Made by a program: the position numbers and the translations under genes. This document shows positions 34,961 through 50,310 of a stretch of DNA of 64,000 bases, piece by piece. Numbering within the stretch: the stretch's first letter is position 1; every line of letters starts with the position of its first letter. Origin of the DNA: Takakia lepidozioides (lineage: Eukaryota > Plantae > Bryophyta); contig CM060733.1 of the NCBI GenBank assembly GCA_030704615.1, positions 46,438,001 to 46,502,000 of the forward strand, read 5' to 3'. Under the pieces are notes generated by a model. That model saw only the letters and a list, made by a program, of their open reading frames with translations, was not told where the DNA came from and ran no database searches.

Positions 34961-37462
34961 TGGCCCTACTGGGATCTAACTGTTGGGCAGCCCACACATG
35001 GCAGACTGATGCTTGTGTGAAGGGATTTCTAAGGGAATCTGGAAAGCCTGAACCAATTGTTTATACCAAGGTAAGTCCACCACTGGAGTGAGCCCCTCAC
35101 AAAAGTAGTGTCCATTCTCTCTTGTTCTGCCCAAACTGGCACAGGGACTATGGCCACAAGGCTACGGCGCCAAACAACATCTCATGAGTACATTCTTTTT
35201 CTCTTTCCCATGCACCCACAAACACTGGGACTGAAGCAATCCTCTCTGGCTGCATATCACACATATGTCACTGTGTAGCACTGCAAGGAAGAGGAACAAT
35301 TTTCCACCCATCGAGCCATCTCTGACAACAGCAGCTTGACGCTGCTGCTCAGGCCCAGCACAATCCCTTACAAGGACAACCAAGAACGGCGATGTATCAC
35401 AAGTGGAATTCAAATTGCAACAAACAAAGACCCTGCACTCTGCACATTCCAATACACAGCACATACTCAGACCACAAATGGGGAGCAAAATAGCCAACCG
35501 TGTCACTAGAGATACAGGAGACAGTAAAATCTACCCCTTCAAGTGCAGATGTAGGTTGGCTCCAAATTCTGACAGCCGGGCCTAGCTCAATTGTTTGCTC
35601 GAATCAACATTTGTGGGGAGCAGAGTAGATATTTGTGTTAGCTTTGCGAACTGAACTTCACAATTGCAAGCTGGGACAGATGTTGTAGCACAACAGTAGG
35701 CCCATTATAAGGCAAGAAACACAAGAACCTCTTTCAAAAGGAATATCGGTAAAACTCTAGTCCTCATTCCAGAAAAGCCTCATGTGAATGAACACCTTGA
35801 CGGGCACATCGCCCCAAACGATGTCTATTGGTCAGGGTTGACCAAGTTTTCAATGGGTTCTACAAACTGGTATTTTAGCAGCTTCAGTTACTTTGAGCCT
35901 ACTACTTTGCCTACAGTTTCCCAAATTTACAAAGCCAACAATCAAACTGCTTTTGCAAATCGTCCATTGAAAACAGGTCTTCCTTTGTCTATCCCAGGAA
36001 AGTGGATGGCCACACTCAGAAACTCATGCAAGTTATATCCTGTCAAAATATGGGGGGTGGTGCCCCACCTCTGAACTGAGGAGCACACACTCGGGAGGTG
36101 CACTCTTTATATTGACTTATACAATCCCACTCTCATTCACACTACACAAATACAGTCCGGCAAGCATTTAGAAGTGTATTGTTGCCAATTGGTTTGCAAA
36201 CAACATGGCTGGGGTTTAAACTCCAGAATGCATATCTGTATATGGAGTCTTTAGAAGTGGATGCTACACCTTAAGTGTCAGGTGCTCGGGTTGCCCGAAG
36301 TTCAGAAAACTCCTGAGGGGTACCCAAAGAATTTGTAAAAGCAAGTATCATGATGACCCACAGGCGCAGCATAATTACAAGCCAGTGTTTTTACAAGTCC
36401 ATCTCTCCTTCGAGTATCTTCCAGCCCCTCTGATCCCCTAAACAGTAACTGGCAATGCAATCACAAATACATTTGTGAAATCCTATTGTCATTGTAATAC
36501 TTCATGACTTCTGTGCAGCTTATTGCCTCAATAGGCAAACCGTCGGGGTTTGTTCCAATACAAAGTATCCTTGCATCCGATCTCCACAATGCAACTATCA
36601 CTACGTGTCACAATTGTGGCAAGAGGGACGGCTCCATGAGTAGTGCAGAGTTTCACCATTATCGATAAGATGATGTAGATGCCAACCCTCAACACCCAAC
36701 TCCCTCTATTAGGAGGGTGTGCAACTATTGCATATTGAAAGGACTACATCTTGAATGCAAAGACCTTACAGGAAAGAAAAAGGTTCCCCCATTGCAATGA
36801 CTACTGAGTTGAAGTGCCTCGAATTAGTACCTTTCAAGATCTCACTTTTGGCGCCCGCTTGCTCTAAGGACGAAATGGTTATGCAAGATATGTGGGTGTC
36901 AGTGCCTGTCTGACTCACTCTTTCCACCCTCTCTTACTTCCCACATCTGTCTGCACAAAACACCGATGTGAAAACCTTCCCTGCAATGAGACATCCAAAT
37001 ACATCATACTGACAAGGTGGGCTTGGATCCCATGAAAAAGAATTTGAATTTATTGATCATCAAAATCATAATAATGTACAACTCTCTGGCCTCATACTTG
37101 GCCCCCAAAAAGCTTGTTGGAAGACACAATAGGATAGGGCAGGTGGCACCCTCCTCCTGACAGACCTAGTTTTGAAGGAACTATGTAGTCCCACAACTTT
37201 TGTCTAACATGCACCCAACCGGACAAATAGAATCCATGAGGGGTACCCAAAGTCATGAAGGTTTGTAGTACATTTGGCCTATCTTATTTACAAATCTTGA
37301 AGAAAAAGCTACTACATGACAGGTTCATTTGACTGACTTTCACCATCAAGTCGCAGTCAGGGAATAACCTATGGTGAAAGAGGATGAACTAATCTAAGTG
37401 TCAATTTACCCACCGTGACTTCAAGTGAAAACTTCAGCTCCAGAGTAGACTTTGACTGTGGG

Positions 37463-40400
37463 TCATCTACTTCTTTTAATTTCAGGAGGCAGCCCTGCAT
37501 GCTTCTCATCTGACTCCCGTTTATGTTCCGGGTCAAGCCTGCACAGCAGAAAACAAGAGTCATCACTCATAGCTTGTGACCTTATCTTACCATGGTAGTC
37601 CTAGCACACCACACACCCCGGAAAGGCTTAAGAAACAGTCAAGAATAAAATTGAGCTGTCCACTCCGAAACCCATATGCCCTGATTACCTGCAGCTCCAT
37701 AAGAGTCGGATGTAATTATCATCGCCTACAGTACGCTTGCATGGAAGGACATGAGGCAACATGCACCCTTCACATTCTATAAAACAGATGAATATCAGTG
37801 ACAGAAAGTGCAAGAGCAAGTACCCATTGCGAACTCCCAATAGTGCACGGTGAACAGCTCCAGCAGCTGCAGATGCAGGGGCCACCGCAGCTGCCGGGGC
37901 AGCCCGTAAGGCACTAGCAACAGCCAGGCCAGCTCCAGCCCCCCTCTGATACACTTTCAGTGGATTCCCCAAAAGAGAAGCTGCAGTCCTCTCCAGCCCC
38001 CGGGAAATGCTTTCACAGGCTTGCTGAAACCCTTCCCGGGTGTCTCCTGGTTGGGGTGCCCTACTTCGGATTTGTCCTCTCTGTGTCGTGTAAGACAACG
38101 GGGTCGGAATTCCACCTAAGGCCACTTCCGTGTGCTGCAGTATCTCATGGGCCCCTGCTGCTAAGTGCGCCCCTAAGCCCAATGCTTCCAATGAAATACT
38201 TCGGAGAAAGGCCACCGCACCTTCAACCCAATCCAGAGAAGAATCAAATAGAGAGCATGATAACAGAGTAGCTCAAAATCTCTCGGCTGAAACGCAACAA
38301 CTGGTTCTTGAGCCTACAATTTGTGTGAGGGATATACTCTCTACTCTCTCTCACAAACTGTCTTTGGGCATTGTTTGCTGTATTTTGAAGGTACTGCTTT
38401 TTGTACTTTGTCCCATGGGACGTTATGAAGCTTCTTTACTACTATCTATCTTCCGCTCTTCTTTCTCTTTCATTAGGCACTCCGGCTCTATATTGGAAGA
38501 ATGGGACTCAGTCGAGTTTGACTCTTTCAATGTCCCGGACGGGTAATGGGCAGGGGAGGGATGAAGACCAGGAGGATATAGACCTTTCCGCATCCCACGG
38601 AGCAAGCGGCGATCTTTCCGGAAATGCTCGGCAGGGAAAACAATAAGCTTGGCCGCACCAGATCCCATGGCGTAGAACGGACGAATAGGACCTACTCCTC
38701 GTACAAACTTATGAACTTGATTTTGGGAGATATCTTCCAGCCATTCTCCAAACAGGATGCCAGAAAGGCTGCTCCAGCCATGCACACCAGCAGCCCTCAC
38801 ATGCTTCAGCTGAAGCTCTATACCCTGTCCACCACAAAAGTATACCCGCTTTTACTTTTCGCTACCACTGTTAGAAAAATGAAGCAAAGAATCATTTCAA
38901 TGCTGAACATAGTACTATGGCAGGACTGCCATCTAACTGTTCTAGTACTTGGACCAAATTTGAAGTTAGCAAGAGTATAAGGATGTTTGTCAAAGACTCG
39001 GTTAGGCCCTTTCAAGGAGAGCGGGGGAGAGAAGAGAGAGATGTCGTCAATGGACCGCAATGACATACCTTTACCCCGTAGTCCACGGGATACTACCCCA
39101 TGCAGTTGTGGGGACTCCACCCACTGGGGAACGAAAGTCGGGCGTAAAGTCAGGTGCACCAGAAACCACAGAGAGGGAGGAATAGGAAAAATAGAGTATG
39201 GGGGTACCTTCCAAGAGACCAAGTTCAGCAATTCGGCGTAGTTGCCCCCTCGTAAGGCCGCAAGGTCCACTCGGCGAGGAAGATAGTCAACACGGATAGT
39301 CAAAGGTCGCATTTCACAAATCTGAAGGTAAACACCACCCACACATTTAGCTCAGCTTTCAACACACACCAAACTGAGTATTTGGACCTTAAGATACAGT
39401 GTCCACACTGAGAACAGGATTGCATGTCAGAGATATATTCAGTAGATCTGTCTTATGTATAGACCTCAATGCCAGGTGAGCCAAGAGAGATCAGGATTGG
39501 GAGCAGCACCATCTTAAAGCTCCACTTAGTTGAGTTAACTACCTTATTTTACAATGTAGTGTGCAAAGAATGTACTCATGCTGGTCCCTGCAAAAGTAGG
39601 CTTGCCATGGTCTTACGGCCAGTGATCCCGTGGGAAACTAACCCTCCCAGAGCCTTTTGTGGGGTTTTAGTGAGAGAATGTACTCATAACACGTCGTTTA
39701 CCATAGCCTTCTGGCCATTGACCCCGGGCCCAGCTTGAGCAGAACACAAAGGGATTTAGTGTGAGAGAGACAGACAAAGACAGAGAGAGTATACCTGGAA
39801 AAAGGGTAACAAGGCCTCTTCAGCTGCATCAGTGTTGTCAGACCCAAGAGATGCTGCAGAATCCAGGGACGATCCAGCCGAAGGATACAAGCCTTCATCT
39901 ACCGAGGTGCTGTGAGTAGCAACTGGCCTGGTACGTGGTGAGAAAAACTCGATGCAGAAATCAATGTGGCGTTGGTCCAAATGCAGCCGGATTGGTAGCA
40001 ATGCAAGAGAGAGCCTGCACACTCAGATTGAGAGAAGATCATCATTAAAGGATGCAGGACCATTCTGCCAGTCTTTGGTCTCAGGTCTTCAGGTGGGGCT
40101 TGCTATAGTCGGGATTCATATTCCGGAGGGGTATGTAATCGCATACTGGTGGGGTTTTGCATTCACGCCAACTATGGAAACATCAATCTGCAAGTTGAAC
40201 CAGCAATAGCAGAGTACCTGAGTAGTTGAAAAATTTGAAGGCATGCACACCGCACTGAACATCAAGGCCCAATGAAACATCAAGAGGGACCCACCTGTAC
40301 TCCTCCAATGGAACCACAGGATCTGGACGAACTGCATCCATCTCAATCTTGACTGCCTGTGATGAGGACTCCCTGGGTCGTGATGCTGTCCGGTGGTAAC

Positions 40401-43400
40401 CCAACACCTACAATTGCGACCACGGATCAAGATGCAATCCAAACGGTTATCAGCCCTCTCCTGAACATCACTAAACAAGAGTCCCAAAAGTATTGTATAC
40501 TCTCTGTCCACTGCTTCCTAATACTACTTCTGCACATTTTTTCATTTCACAGGACAAAATGAAGTGGTCCAAAACATATAAAACAAGCTCCAAACCACAC
40601 CCATCCACATTTGACCCCCACTCCAAGAGAAAAACACAATTAAGCACATTGAAGAAAGCAAACTATCTGTAAATACAATAACAATCCTGCGCATCTTGAA
40701 TGAAACCTCGGGCCACAGTCCTACTCCATCCATCACAGATGTCAATAGTAAGATAGAACAGTTACTTGAGGATGGACAAAAGTAAGTAGGTCAAAATTCA
40801 AAATGAACAATGCTATGCATCCGGAATGGAAGCTCAGGCCACAGTCACCCTCCATCCCACACAGATATCAATGGTTAGACAGTAAGACAATGTTGAGGAC
40901 AGACATAGTAAACGGTTTGCATACCATTCTCCAGGGAGCATCGGAGCTACAGTCATAGACCCCAATATCACGAATTGATACTACCAGTCTTGAGGCATAG
41001 AGACCAACTGTCGGGAAGGTGTTGTACTGCAGATCCACCCCATCCAAAAGAACTTCCAAGCACACCCCCGACTGCCGGCCACCTTCTGTGCCTCTCCCTC
41101 CGTGATCCAACTTTGTAGCCTTCTCTCCAACTGGCCAATCAGAACCTCCATACAAGCGCCACCTGGCACTCAGATCCTGCAGCACCACACGTCCAATCGC
41201 ATGTGGGTACTTTTCTGGCAAACCTGATTTTCTTGGAGGCCTGTGGTCCGTAACCAGTCGCTGCCGGTCATGCCCAGACCGCTGGTTATCGAGGCCATCC
41301 TCAGCCTTTGACATTCCTTCAGGAACATGGTCATCCAAAACTTTGAGCGAGCTCCCGTCATACCATCCACCTTTCCCTTCAGGATCCCCCCGGAGACTCC
41401 CTAATGTTGGTCCATCCTTCAGGTTTCTTGCTGGAATCCTTGTATCTCTTGCAGGATCACCATCTGGCCGTGAGAACAAAATACCGCATGAATGACTAAC
41501 ATGGGGCAGTCCTGAGACATAGTAATCCTCTATAAACGCAGGCAATCCGCTGTTATTCACGCGTGGGCTACATACATTGAGAGCCTCGTCACCTGGTAGG
41601 TGCGAGTCAGGCCTAGGAGTCGATGGCACACTTTGACACCTCAGCAGAATCTCAGGTCTTTCGACAGTGGCAGCCCTTGTATGCAGTAAAGCATTCCCAG
41701 AATGATTGTTCTGAACCTCCACATCTTGCCCAGTGACTTGCAGGGGACCTCTTGTGCGGGAAAAAGCATCCTCCAGCACTCCATCCAGCAACCCAAATAC
41801 ATTGCTCTCATCGCCGAGTCCTTGCTTCCAATCATCCCCTTGGGCCTCTGCAGAGACAAATGGTCTATCGCTGAAGCCTGAGGCCTCACTTTCATGAGGA
41901 GATCCTCCTTCCGCTCTCTGAATTTTGAACTGGACACTTGACTGCTCCAGATCAGGAGCAAACAGCTGTTGAAACTGGGCCACAAGGCGCCCAAATGCTG
42001 CAGTGGTGTCATGACATGTGTCAAACCGTAGCTGGTTGTTCGCACATTCTACCTCCCAGTTCAAACCATTCTCACACCCAGTTCTAACCAATGCTTCCAT
42101 GACCGCCTCCTTGGCAACCTGCCAGCATAGAAAAACTGCTTTATTTCCTCTGATTCAACCAGAAGCATTTCCACAGCATGCACTTTCTGGACCTAAGGAA
42201 ACATGTGCTGCTACAAGACATCATGTTCTAACTGCAGGTAGTTAGTTGCATTTGGCTGCCAACACCTATACTAAATAGAGCAGGTCCTTTGAGTCAAAAA
42301 AGAATTTGAGGAAGAAGCAGTATCCAGACCGAAAAGTAAGGGGGTAGGGAGAACCTGCACATAGCCAGTGACGTGCATGGATTCAGTGGTGTAATCACAT
42401 GGAGGTTGCTTTCGTAACGATGTGTCCAACAAATGAAGAGCAACATCACGAAGCCAGATGTCATACTGTTGACCCCTAGCCTCCAAGCTCTCACCACTGG
42501 AAACTCGCACGGCAGCAGCTGCCAACACACAAGCAACCGGAGAAAACAGTTGGGTGGAACCGGAGGTAGGCACAGATCCCGACAGGCCACTAGGAAACCC
42601 CCCTGTCAGGTTTGCTTGAGCAGCAGACCCACCACCAGTGCGAACACCAGGAATAAGCAATGCCTCTAACCCAGGCTCGTAGCATACAGCGACATCATGC
42701 AAATCCACAAGAAAATATGTGCTCCAGGCCGCATCAGCCTCCCTTTGAGGCACCTCACCATTAGCACTGGATTTGTTAATGTGCTCCTCAACTTTACTGC
42801 CAGTATCATCGGCAGGGGCAACCCCTTCAGAGGTTTCAACTCCTTCGGATGACCTAAAGAAAGTGATAACTGCGCCAATCCAATCTAGGCGGCCACCATT
42901 GGCAATAAATGTGCCTCCCCTCATGTTCCCAATGAAGAGAACATCGGCAAGGTTCTCCATATGTGGCCAGGCCATGTAAGTCACTGTCAGCCCAGCTGAC
43001 CCTGTTGCCAAAGCATTTCCACCTCCCCCGTCACCACGTCCAAGGGCATCATTCTGACACGACAATAATAACAATTCCTTTCCTCCATGTAAGGGCATGA
43101 AACAAGTGTCTGACAGGGACCCCATGACTTGACATTCTTCATGGTGTACCCTTAGGTAGGATGCATCCAAATGGCCACCTATTCTCAGCACAGACAGTAC
43201 CTGTACCCACCATTCCAAACAGTGAGTCTTGAGCATTATCTTCTATGAGAATTCAGATGCTTGTTACTTTCTGTCAAAGGGCAGAATGCCATCAGAGTTT
43301 CTAAGCCAAGGGAAGAATGGGATTTAAGTCAAACTGGGTTTTGTACTCAGAAATGTTGAGAATGCTTGATATTATCCCATCTACGGACAAAAATCCTTCA

Positions 43401-46400
43401 TCAACTTACAGGCACCCACAGTCCTTGGATAATTCGTCTCTTCTTCTACTGAGATGCACAAGAATATTGCACCTGAAGTTCATGAATGTCAAAGTGTAGA
43501 ACATCCCATGCGTTGGTTCCCTCTGTGTCTGGAGGCAGCATCAAGTCAGAAGGGTGCTCAAGCTTCAGATCCAACACAGCATCTAAATGCCCACATTGCA
43601 CCAGTACTGAGGTCTGTGAAGCTTGTGGTGATTGTGACGCCTGAGTTGTCACACCAGTATTACAAGAGTGTTTACTCAATGAATGTGTCCCCTCCTGGTT
43701 CTCTCTGCCTTCGCCTTTGCCCCGCTCTTCCAAGTACAATCTGGCTGTGAAGCAAGAAACAAGTTCAAGAAGCAGCAAGTGTTGAGCTTTTGACAGGTGG
43801 AGACCTACAACAGGCATGTTGATCTGAACCACTGTTGAGGATGATCGGATGATCTCCTCCCTGAGATGTAAATGATCATCTTCGACAGCCTCAGAGGCAG
43901 TCGCTGCTGCAAAATCTGAATTGCTCCCACCAATCCCTCCACCCCCATCTCCTCTTCTCTGTTGTGAAGCTGCACCATCCCAAGCCTGCTTGCCAACCCA
44001 TGACCCAGTCTCAGCTCTATGCCAACAAACCTCAACAGAAGCACCTTCCAAAGGCACCTCATCAGGTACAGACATGTCCTCTGCAAGGGCCATCTGCTGG
44101 GACACATACAGAACTCGATGTGCATAGAACCCATGTCCATTTGGTCTGCCAATAACAGCACTTATCTCTGGTTTCTCAGGCACGCTAGAGATCAAATAGA
44201 GAGAGCTCTCTGCCACAGTGAGAAGTAAGGAGTGTGCATCAGGTGTCCCATCAGACCGTTTTAAGACAATCATAGGTTGTCTGACATCTGTGTTTGGTGC
44301 TGGCATGGTGACATCCCATGCAATGAAGTTCTTCTGAAGCCCACTTGCACATGGACATGCGTCTGAAGGGAAACAGACCAGTACTCGCACACATGGCACA
44401 CAGACACTTGCTTGAATAGAACCTTGGCCTGATGCGTCAGCTCTTCCAGTAGCCTGTGTCTGTCGGGTGCGTTGATGCTCACTGACGTGATCAAAGGCCA
44501 CCATCTTTGTTGGGTTTCCTTCCCCATGTGTTGGATGTAAGGTCATAGTTTCCTTTTGCTTCAGTGAGGTGTCCATTTGTGCAGCCAAATGCTCTAGTCT
44601 CTTTAAGGTTCGAACATCAAGCCAGGCAACCAATGGCTGGAAGACCACCGCAATGTTTGTGCGCCAACCCCCATTCTCATCTCCCTTTCCTTGGTCTCCA
44701 ATCCCTCCAGTGGAACCAGTAGGAAAATGCTTTACATTGACCTCCACAGAATAATCTGCCGGAGACGAACCCACCTTCAATAGCTGCTTCCTTTCAATTG
44801 GCTTCTCACTCTTTGCCACCATTGTTCCACCTCTGTTTTTACTTCTGGTGCAAACTTTGTGAGAAGAAGAACAACTGGACACCACCAGATTGTCCATCTG
44901 AGGGCAAAGGGAAACAGGAAAGGCAGGTAGACTCCTTTCTAGTAGCATGAGCAAAGTGCTTGTCGTGTGAACCGTCTCCTCCTGGCTTTCCCTGCTCACT
45001 TTAAGATCCCCTGGATCTTTGAACCCACTTTGCATCACAAATTCATTTACTTCCATGTTTTCCACAGTGACCTTCAACTCTGTCTGGTTTTCAGAGACCT
45101 AAAAAGAGGAAACAATAGTAAGCTCAAAATGAGAGCATATCTTGTCAATGATACAAGAGTGCTAAGAGGATAATATCATCATCCAAAAAAAAGCTGTCTG
45201 CAACAGGAACACAGTTCCAAGGGTTGAATTTGCATCTGAATGCCCACAAATTTCTAAGCTCACATACGAAAGTGCAGTAGACCAACTCACCATGAAAGAA
45301 ACCTTGATTTCTGACAACATGCCTTCCAAATATTCTTCAGCTCTCTCCGGTGGAGCAAATGCGCATCCTCTTTCCCAATCAGCAGTAAGCCCCTCCTCCT
45401 CCAACTCCATTCCCAAGTCCAAGCCGCTAATAGCCCACCCATCACGACTTCTATCTCCAGAGGGATCTACTGTTTCTTCCATTGGACTACCGCTGTTGCT
45501 ACTATCAACCATGGTTAGAGCCTGCTTGGCTTGACTCCCAGATACTGTGAAGCTCTCCGAGGACAACTCTTCAGAAGTCAGAGAGTCTCCATACACAAGC
45601 TCCACAGATATGCCAATTAGCCGGGCCTTCACACTATACTCCACTTGCCTCCCTGGATCTGGAACAGGAACTACAACTGTCACTTTAGTCCATTGGCCAA
45701 TTACTGGTTCTTTGGATCACCCACAAAAGAAAGACTGCAGACAGAGCAAGCATAACGATTAAGGTTTCTTTCACCTGCCACTGACACCCCAGACAGGTGG
45801 GGGAGTCGCTTCAGCAGATCTAGGTGTCATACCCACCCCAGATAAATGCTTCCCAATCAGAGTTATCACACTTCTCCTGAAGCTCAATACTTATTAGGAA
45901 TAAACATGATCAGAGTTATCATCACCTACAAACAGCTCCTTGTGCCTGCTCCAGCTGAACTTGATAGACTTCAATGTGATTTAAACCCTACATTAACATC
46001 ATTCACCTACTTCACACCCAAATAAGAATATCAACACAAGGTCAAAGGCAATCCAATGCTGTGGAACGTGCACATACCAGGAGCAAGGACTACAGACCCC
46101 GCTGCCAGGCTAGATGCAGCTGTAATTGCACTCAAGGCTGAGCGTGTCCAGTTCCACAGGCCACTGCTGCTCGAACTCACCTGGCTCCTCGTCCCATCGA
46201 AGCACTCAAAAAACTCATCCACACTGCACAAATTTGAGAGTTGTTATTGTCATTGGCAAATTAATTCTGTCTCAAACCCCTCGAGACAACAACATTCTGA
46301 AATTTCCTTCAGTGTCATGCTGGCACATTCAGAGCAGTATCATGCACATTAATCATGGAGGGCACTCTAAAGATGTCAATTACAATCACAAACAGACAGA

Positions 46401-49280
46401 ACTCCTCTCACACAACCGAGTGTAGTCTTGAATCTTCATATTATGGACTCCAGACAAGCAATCGAGGTTCTGACCAAAAAACCATCTAGAGGATGGGGGT
46501 TTAGAGTACTCTCCCTAAAGCCCCGTCGTCCTGTTCTCTAGGCAACTGATCCAGGCAGTACCAGTCAGTCTGTTGCGTACAACTGAATAGGACCTCCATG
46601 ACATTGGCCAACCTGCCACCCATGTGCTGCATGTTTGCTCTCTTCCCTAACTGCTTCAGGATGGTCCTCACTGAGCGGTGGCTATGCTTCAAGTAAACCA
46701 CCCTGAATCCTGATCAAGCCTTCACACTAAACAGAAAAGGAGTGAGTAAAAGACCAACCTGGCAGCCAAATCTGCCTCAGCAGCAGCTCCTTCCCTCCTT
46801 TGACCATCACTGCCTGCCCAATGCATCCAGTCCGATATGAACCTTGAGACAGGCAAAAACGCTGTGTTGGCGGCATCATTGTCCACAGCTCTACTCGTAG
46901 TTGAAGGGGCAACCACCTGCCTTGGACCTGCCTCCCTGTTCCTGTCCAGAAAAGCAGACCCAAGACCTCGCGATCCCACAGAAACCTCTGCTAGACTGGT
47001 GCCGTTCTGTGCAGAAGTTCTTGCTGTCCCTGTGCCCACTTCAGCCCCACTATTGGCCATACCCTTGCTGAATGACTGGACCAGCCATAGAAGCTGCTGG
47101 ATCTCACATGCCGACACCCGAATCTTTAGAGGACTGATCGAGAACTCAGCATTGATCTTGGGTACATCCAGTGATCCGTCTCGCCAAGGCATGCTCAGTT
47201 GGATTGAGCCAGAAACCCCACCCCCATCCTCTCCCATAACTATCGGCACAGCACGTCCTAAGAATCCATTGTCTGTAGCCCCACCTTCATCAACAGGATG
47301 GGCACCCCCTCCTGCTTGAGGAATCAGGTTCATCTTGTCAAGCTGCTTATCCTCCTGCACCTCGTCAACCACCTCAACAGTGGCTCCCTTGAATTTGAGA
47401 ACTTTCACAAGCATTGTTGGCTCCCCCCCCTTCCCTGTGGGTTGCATAGCCTCCTCGAATTGTCCAGCAGGGGCTTCCACCCCATACTCAACATAAGCCA
47501 CACGCGCAACCAGCAGGCCTTGTGTAGCTGGCCGTCTAGTTCGTCTCTGGTCCAGTACCTGTACGAGCTTAAGTTATCGCAAGAAGGACAACAACCCCTT
47601 GGTGCATTCAAAAGAGGCCAACTTTTCCAAACAGCACACATGTGTGTGTGCGTGAATATATATATATATATATATATATATCTTGTCTCTCAAGATACTA
47701 CTTACAAGGACTACCATCTATATCCTGAAGGCTCCATATTATCTGATTTCCCTCATGGTCACTGTGGGGTGAGTACACTGCAATAACAAACACATGTGTC
47801 ATCTCTGTGGAAGAGGGCCACTGTAGCAGGGCTGGTATCATCATGCTAGCTAGGTCAGTCTCAGCCATGAAATAAAGTCGCCATCCATTGTGTGCAAGCA
47901 CCAATTCAGGTCAAGTATAATATCCTGAAGATTTCAACTGCACAACAGGTTCTGGAGGGTAGTATCCCCTTGGACCATACCCTCAAGGCTACGTCATAGT
48001 TGGGTGCAAGTAATCGCAAGGAGAAATGCAACAAGCCATTCGAACATATATGTGTGTGTCAAGCCATCTGTGCATGTAGAGACAATAAAGCTCGACAAAC
48101 CCTGTTGACGCAATGACCCAAGCTAGGACTTTAAACCAGAATTCAGCCAGCTTTCCAGTACATCACATGCCTTAGCACAGTAGCCCAGGACAATGCCCTA
48201 CAGCAGACTGTGAATGATTTCCAATTAGCAAGTTGGAAGTGTCTGAGGTGCATGTGCCCTGGCAATTACAAGATTGCAAGATAACCATCATCTGATTGTG
48301 AAGGGAAATAACTACCAGGCTGCCTCAGATTGTCTGGCAGGATGTATCTAGTATCTACCAGATGGCCCAACCAATATCAGAGAGGATTTTGCATCCTAAT
48401 AAGACCCATATGCCAAACCTAGGAAAAGGTTCCAACCCTAAGGTAAGCAAATATGAAGCAATTGGGCAATGGCCTACTCCAGAATTTAAGGAGCTCACCA
48501 GGCATTGAGGACCTCGAGACAAAGCAGAATTGCCTTCAAGAGCCTGATCTTCAAACACAATAATCAAATTTGTGACTTTGACACGCAATCCCAGAAGCAC
48601 TCTCTCCACCATTTTTGCAATCATGCGAACCCCATCGTCCACACCCATATACCCAATTCCACCTGTGCCTCCAGCCCCCACAAAGTCTCCATCGCCCCTG
48701 GCCAATGAGAAATGGTGAGGGTCTGCTGTTCTCAGCTCTTCGTTTGTGGATGTACCACATGCTCGGCCACCAATTCCCTGGCCTGCGACTCGAGGTACAA
48801 CGAAAACCTCCAAATCATCTACTTCAATTTCACAAGGCTCTGCCGTCAGTACCTTCCAGGGTATTTTCGCAGTGATGCTTCCCACAGAACCCTCCTTGAA
48901 AACGACTGATGCGTCACCAAGCTGCCCAAACAAGTTAGAAGTTATCAGCATCCGGAGACCAGCACATCATCCTAATACGATAAAACATACAGCAAACCCA
49001 CAAGCATAAAGCATTACTCCGCCAATTGAAGGGCTCTCTCCTGCTTCCACAAACTAGATGTCCATTCACGAGTATGAGGGACATAACAGCAAAAGGCCAA
49101 GATGGCCGGTACCTGGTCATTTAGATAGTCGGTGTTGAGGGCCAAATCCTTCAATTGGATGGTGCCAGACCCAAGCTGTACATCCAACTGTTCGAGGTCA
49201 AGCTCACTGCTGAGAATTCGGCCCAGCAGACGCTTCATGAAGAACTTGCAGACCCGCTTGGTGGCCCATTGGGAGAACAT
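37463..49280 (-). CDS. ATG2: Autophagy-related protein 2 (multi-exon lipid-transfer protein)
   Basis: N-terminal chorein [16 protein letters not shown]...[20 protein letters not shown]; [13 protein letters not shown]; [10 protein letters not shown]; [26 protein letters not shown]; C-terminal [14 protein letters not shown]...RALLGVRN|LDPEHKRES; GT-AG introns; stop 37463-37465. Confidence 0.95.
47640..47680. repeat. (TG)n(TA)n microsatellite in an ATG2 intron
   Basis: tgtgtgtgtg...tatatatatatatatatatatata. Confidence 0.9.
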
Positions 49281-50025
49281 TGCGTTTCCCTCTCTGGCGG
49301 CCGCAGCCGCCCCCCGTCTGATTTGATCTATTCTCTAAAACCTTTTTCCACCACAATTCACTGGTACCAGTTCCCTCGTTTGCTCATAGAATCCCAGCAA
49401 ATCCTACCCCTTTCCGGATAATTCACTTGCACCTGAACTCTTCTCTCCATCTCACCCTCTCGTGCAATAACTTCAAGCAAACCAACACCCCTTTCTTCTG
49501 TGTGAGGGGAAGCGATTTGCGCATCCGTCACGCCTGCAAAAGCCAACACGATTTTGCTACCCATGTGCCCGCCGTCAGACTCAATTCCTCAAAAGGCTAT
49601 GTCTTTCAAACACCAAATGGCTTGCAGGACCTCAAAACCCTAGGCTGCTCTTGATGGCAGCGTGTGTGAGAGGTGCAGCACAAGCATCCTCGGCCGACCG
49701 CCTCCCCTCCTCTCGGGGACGCACAGCCGTGGACGACGACGAGGGATCGCTCTACTTCTTTTACCCTTCCTTCCCTCCTCTGCACCGCACCCTGCCGTTT
49801 ACCTCTTCTTACCTTTTTCACTTTCTATTAACCTTCGCCAACTGCCACGCGCCACGTGTACGTCCAGAATATATATTTCTATTTTAACAGAACCATTATT
49901 GACTTCTTAGATACTTATTAGCACCTCAGTCGGTGGACAGTGCATCCAAGGTCATGCTAGGTTCAAATCCTGATACCTAGTCTTTCTTCCTTTTTTTTTT
50001 TTTTTTCTTGGGGTGAAAGGGGAGG

Positions 50026-50310
50026 AAATATGGATGATATACATGGATGAAAGTACAGAGGAGGATGATTCTATCCAAATTTCAGTGGATCAACAGAAAA
50101 TATGGCTATTGCTTGCAAAACTCAGTAGCCACTCTTGTTTATTTTCCAAATTTCAAGAAGTGGGAGGACCATGGCTGCTATGATCAGTTGCAGTGGTACT
50201 GGGTTGAAGTTAGGGGACTCTGCAACTCTGGAATGGACAAGGGATAGAAGATAAGACTTTGATAGAATCATCCTCCTCTGTACTTTCATCCATGTATGTC
50301 ATCCGTATTT
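50026..50310. repeat. Foldback (about 54-bp arms), probably part of a MITE
   Basis: aaatatggatgatatacatggatgaaagtacag...gaggatgattctatc is inverted at 50258-50310. Confidence 0.85.

Noticed and set aside
37576-49421. Plus-strand ORFs over ATG2
   Set aside because: Antisense shadows of ATG2 exons
49918-49980. tRNA gene
   Set aside because: A- and B-box-like motifs only, no convincing cloverleaf; at most a SINE remnant
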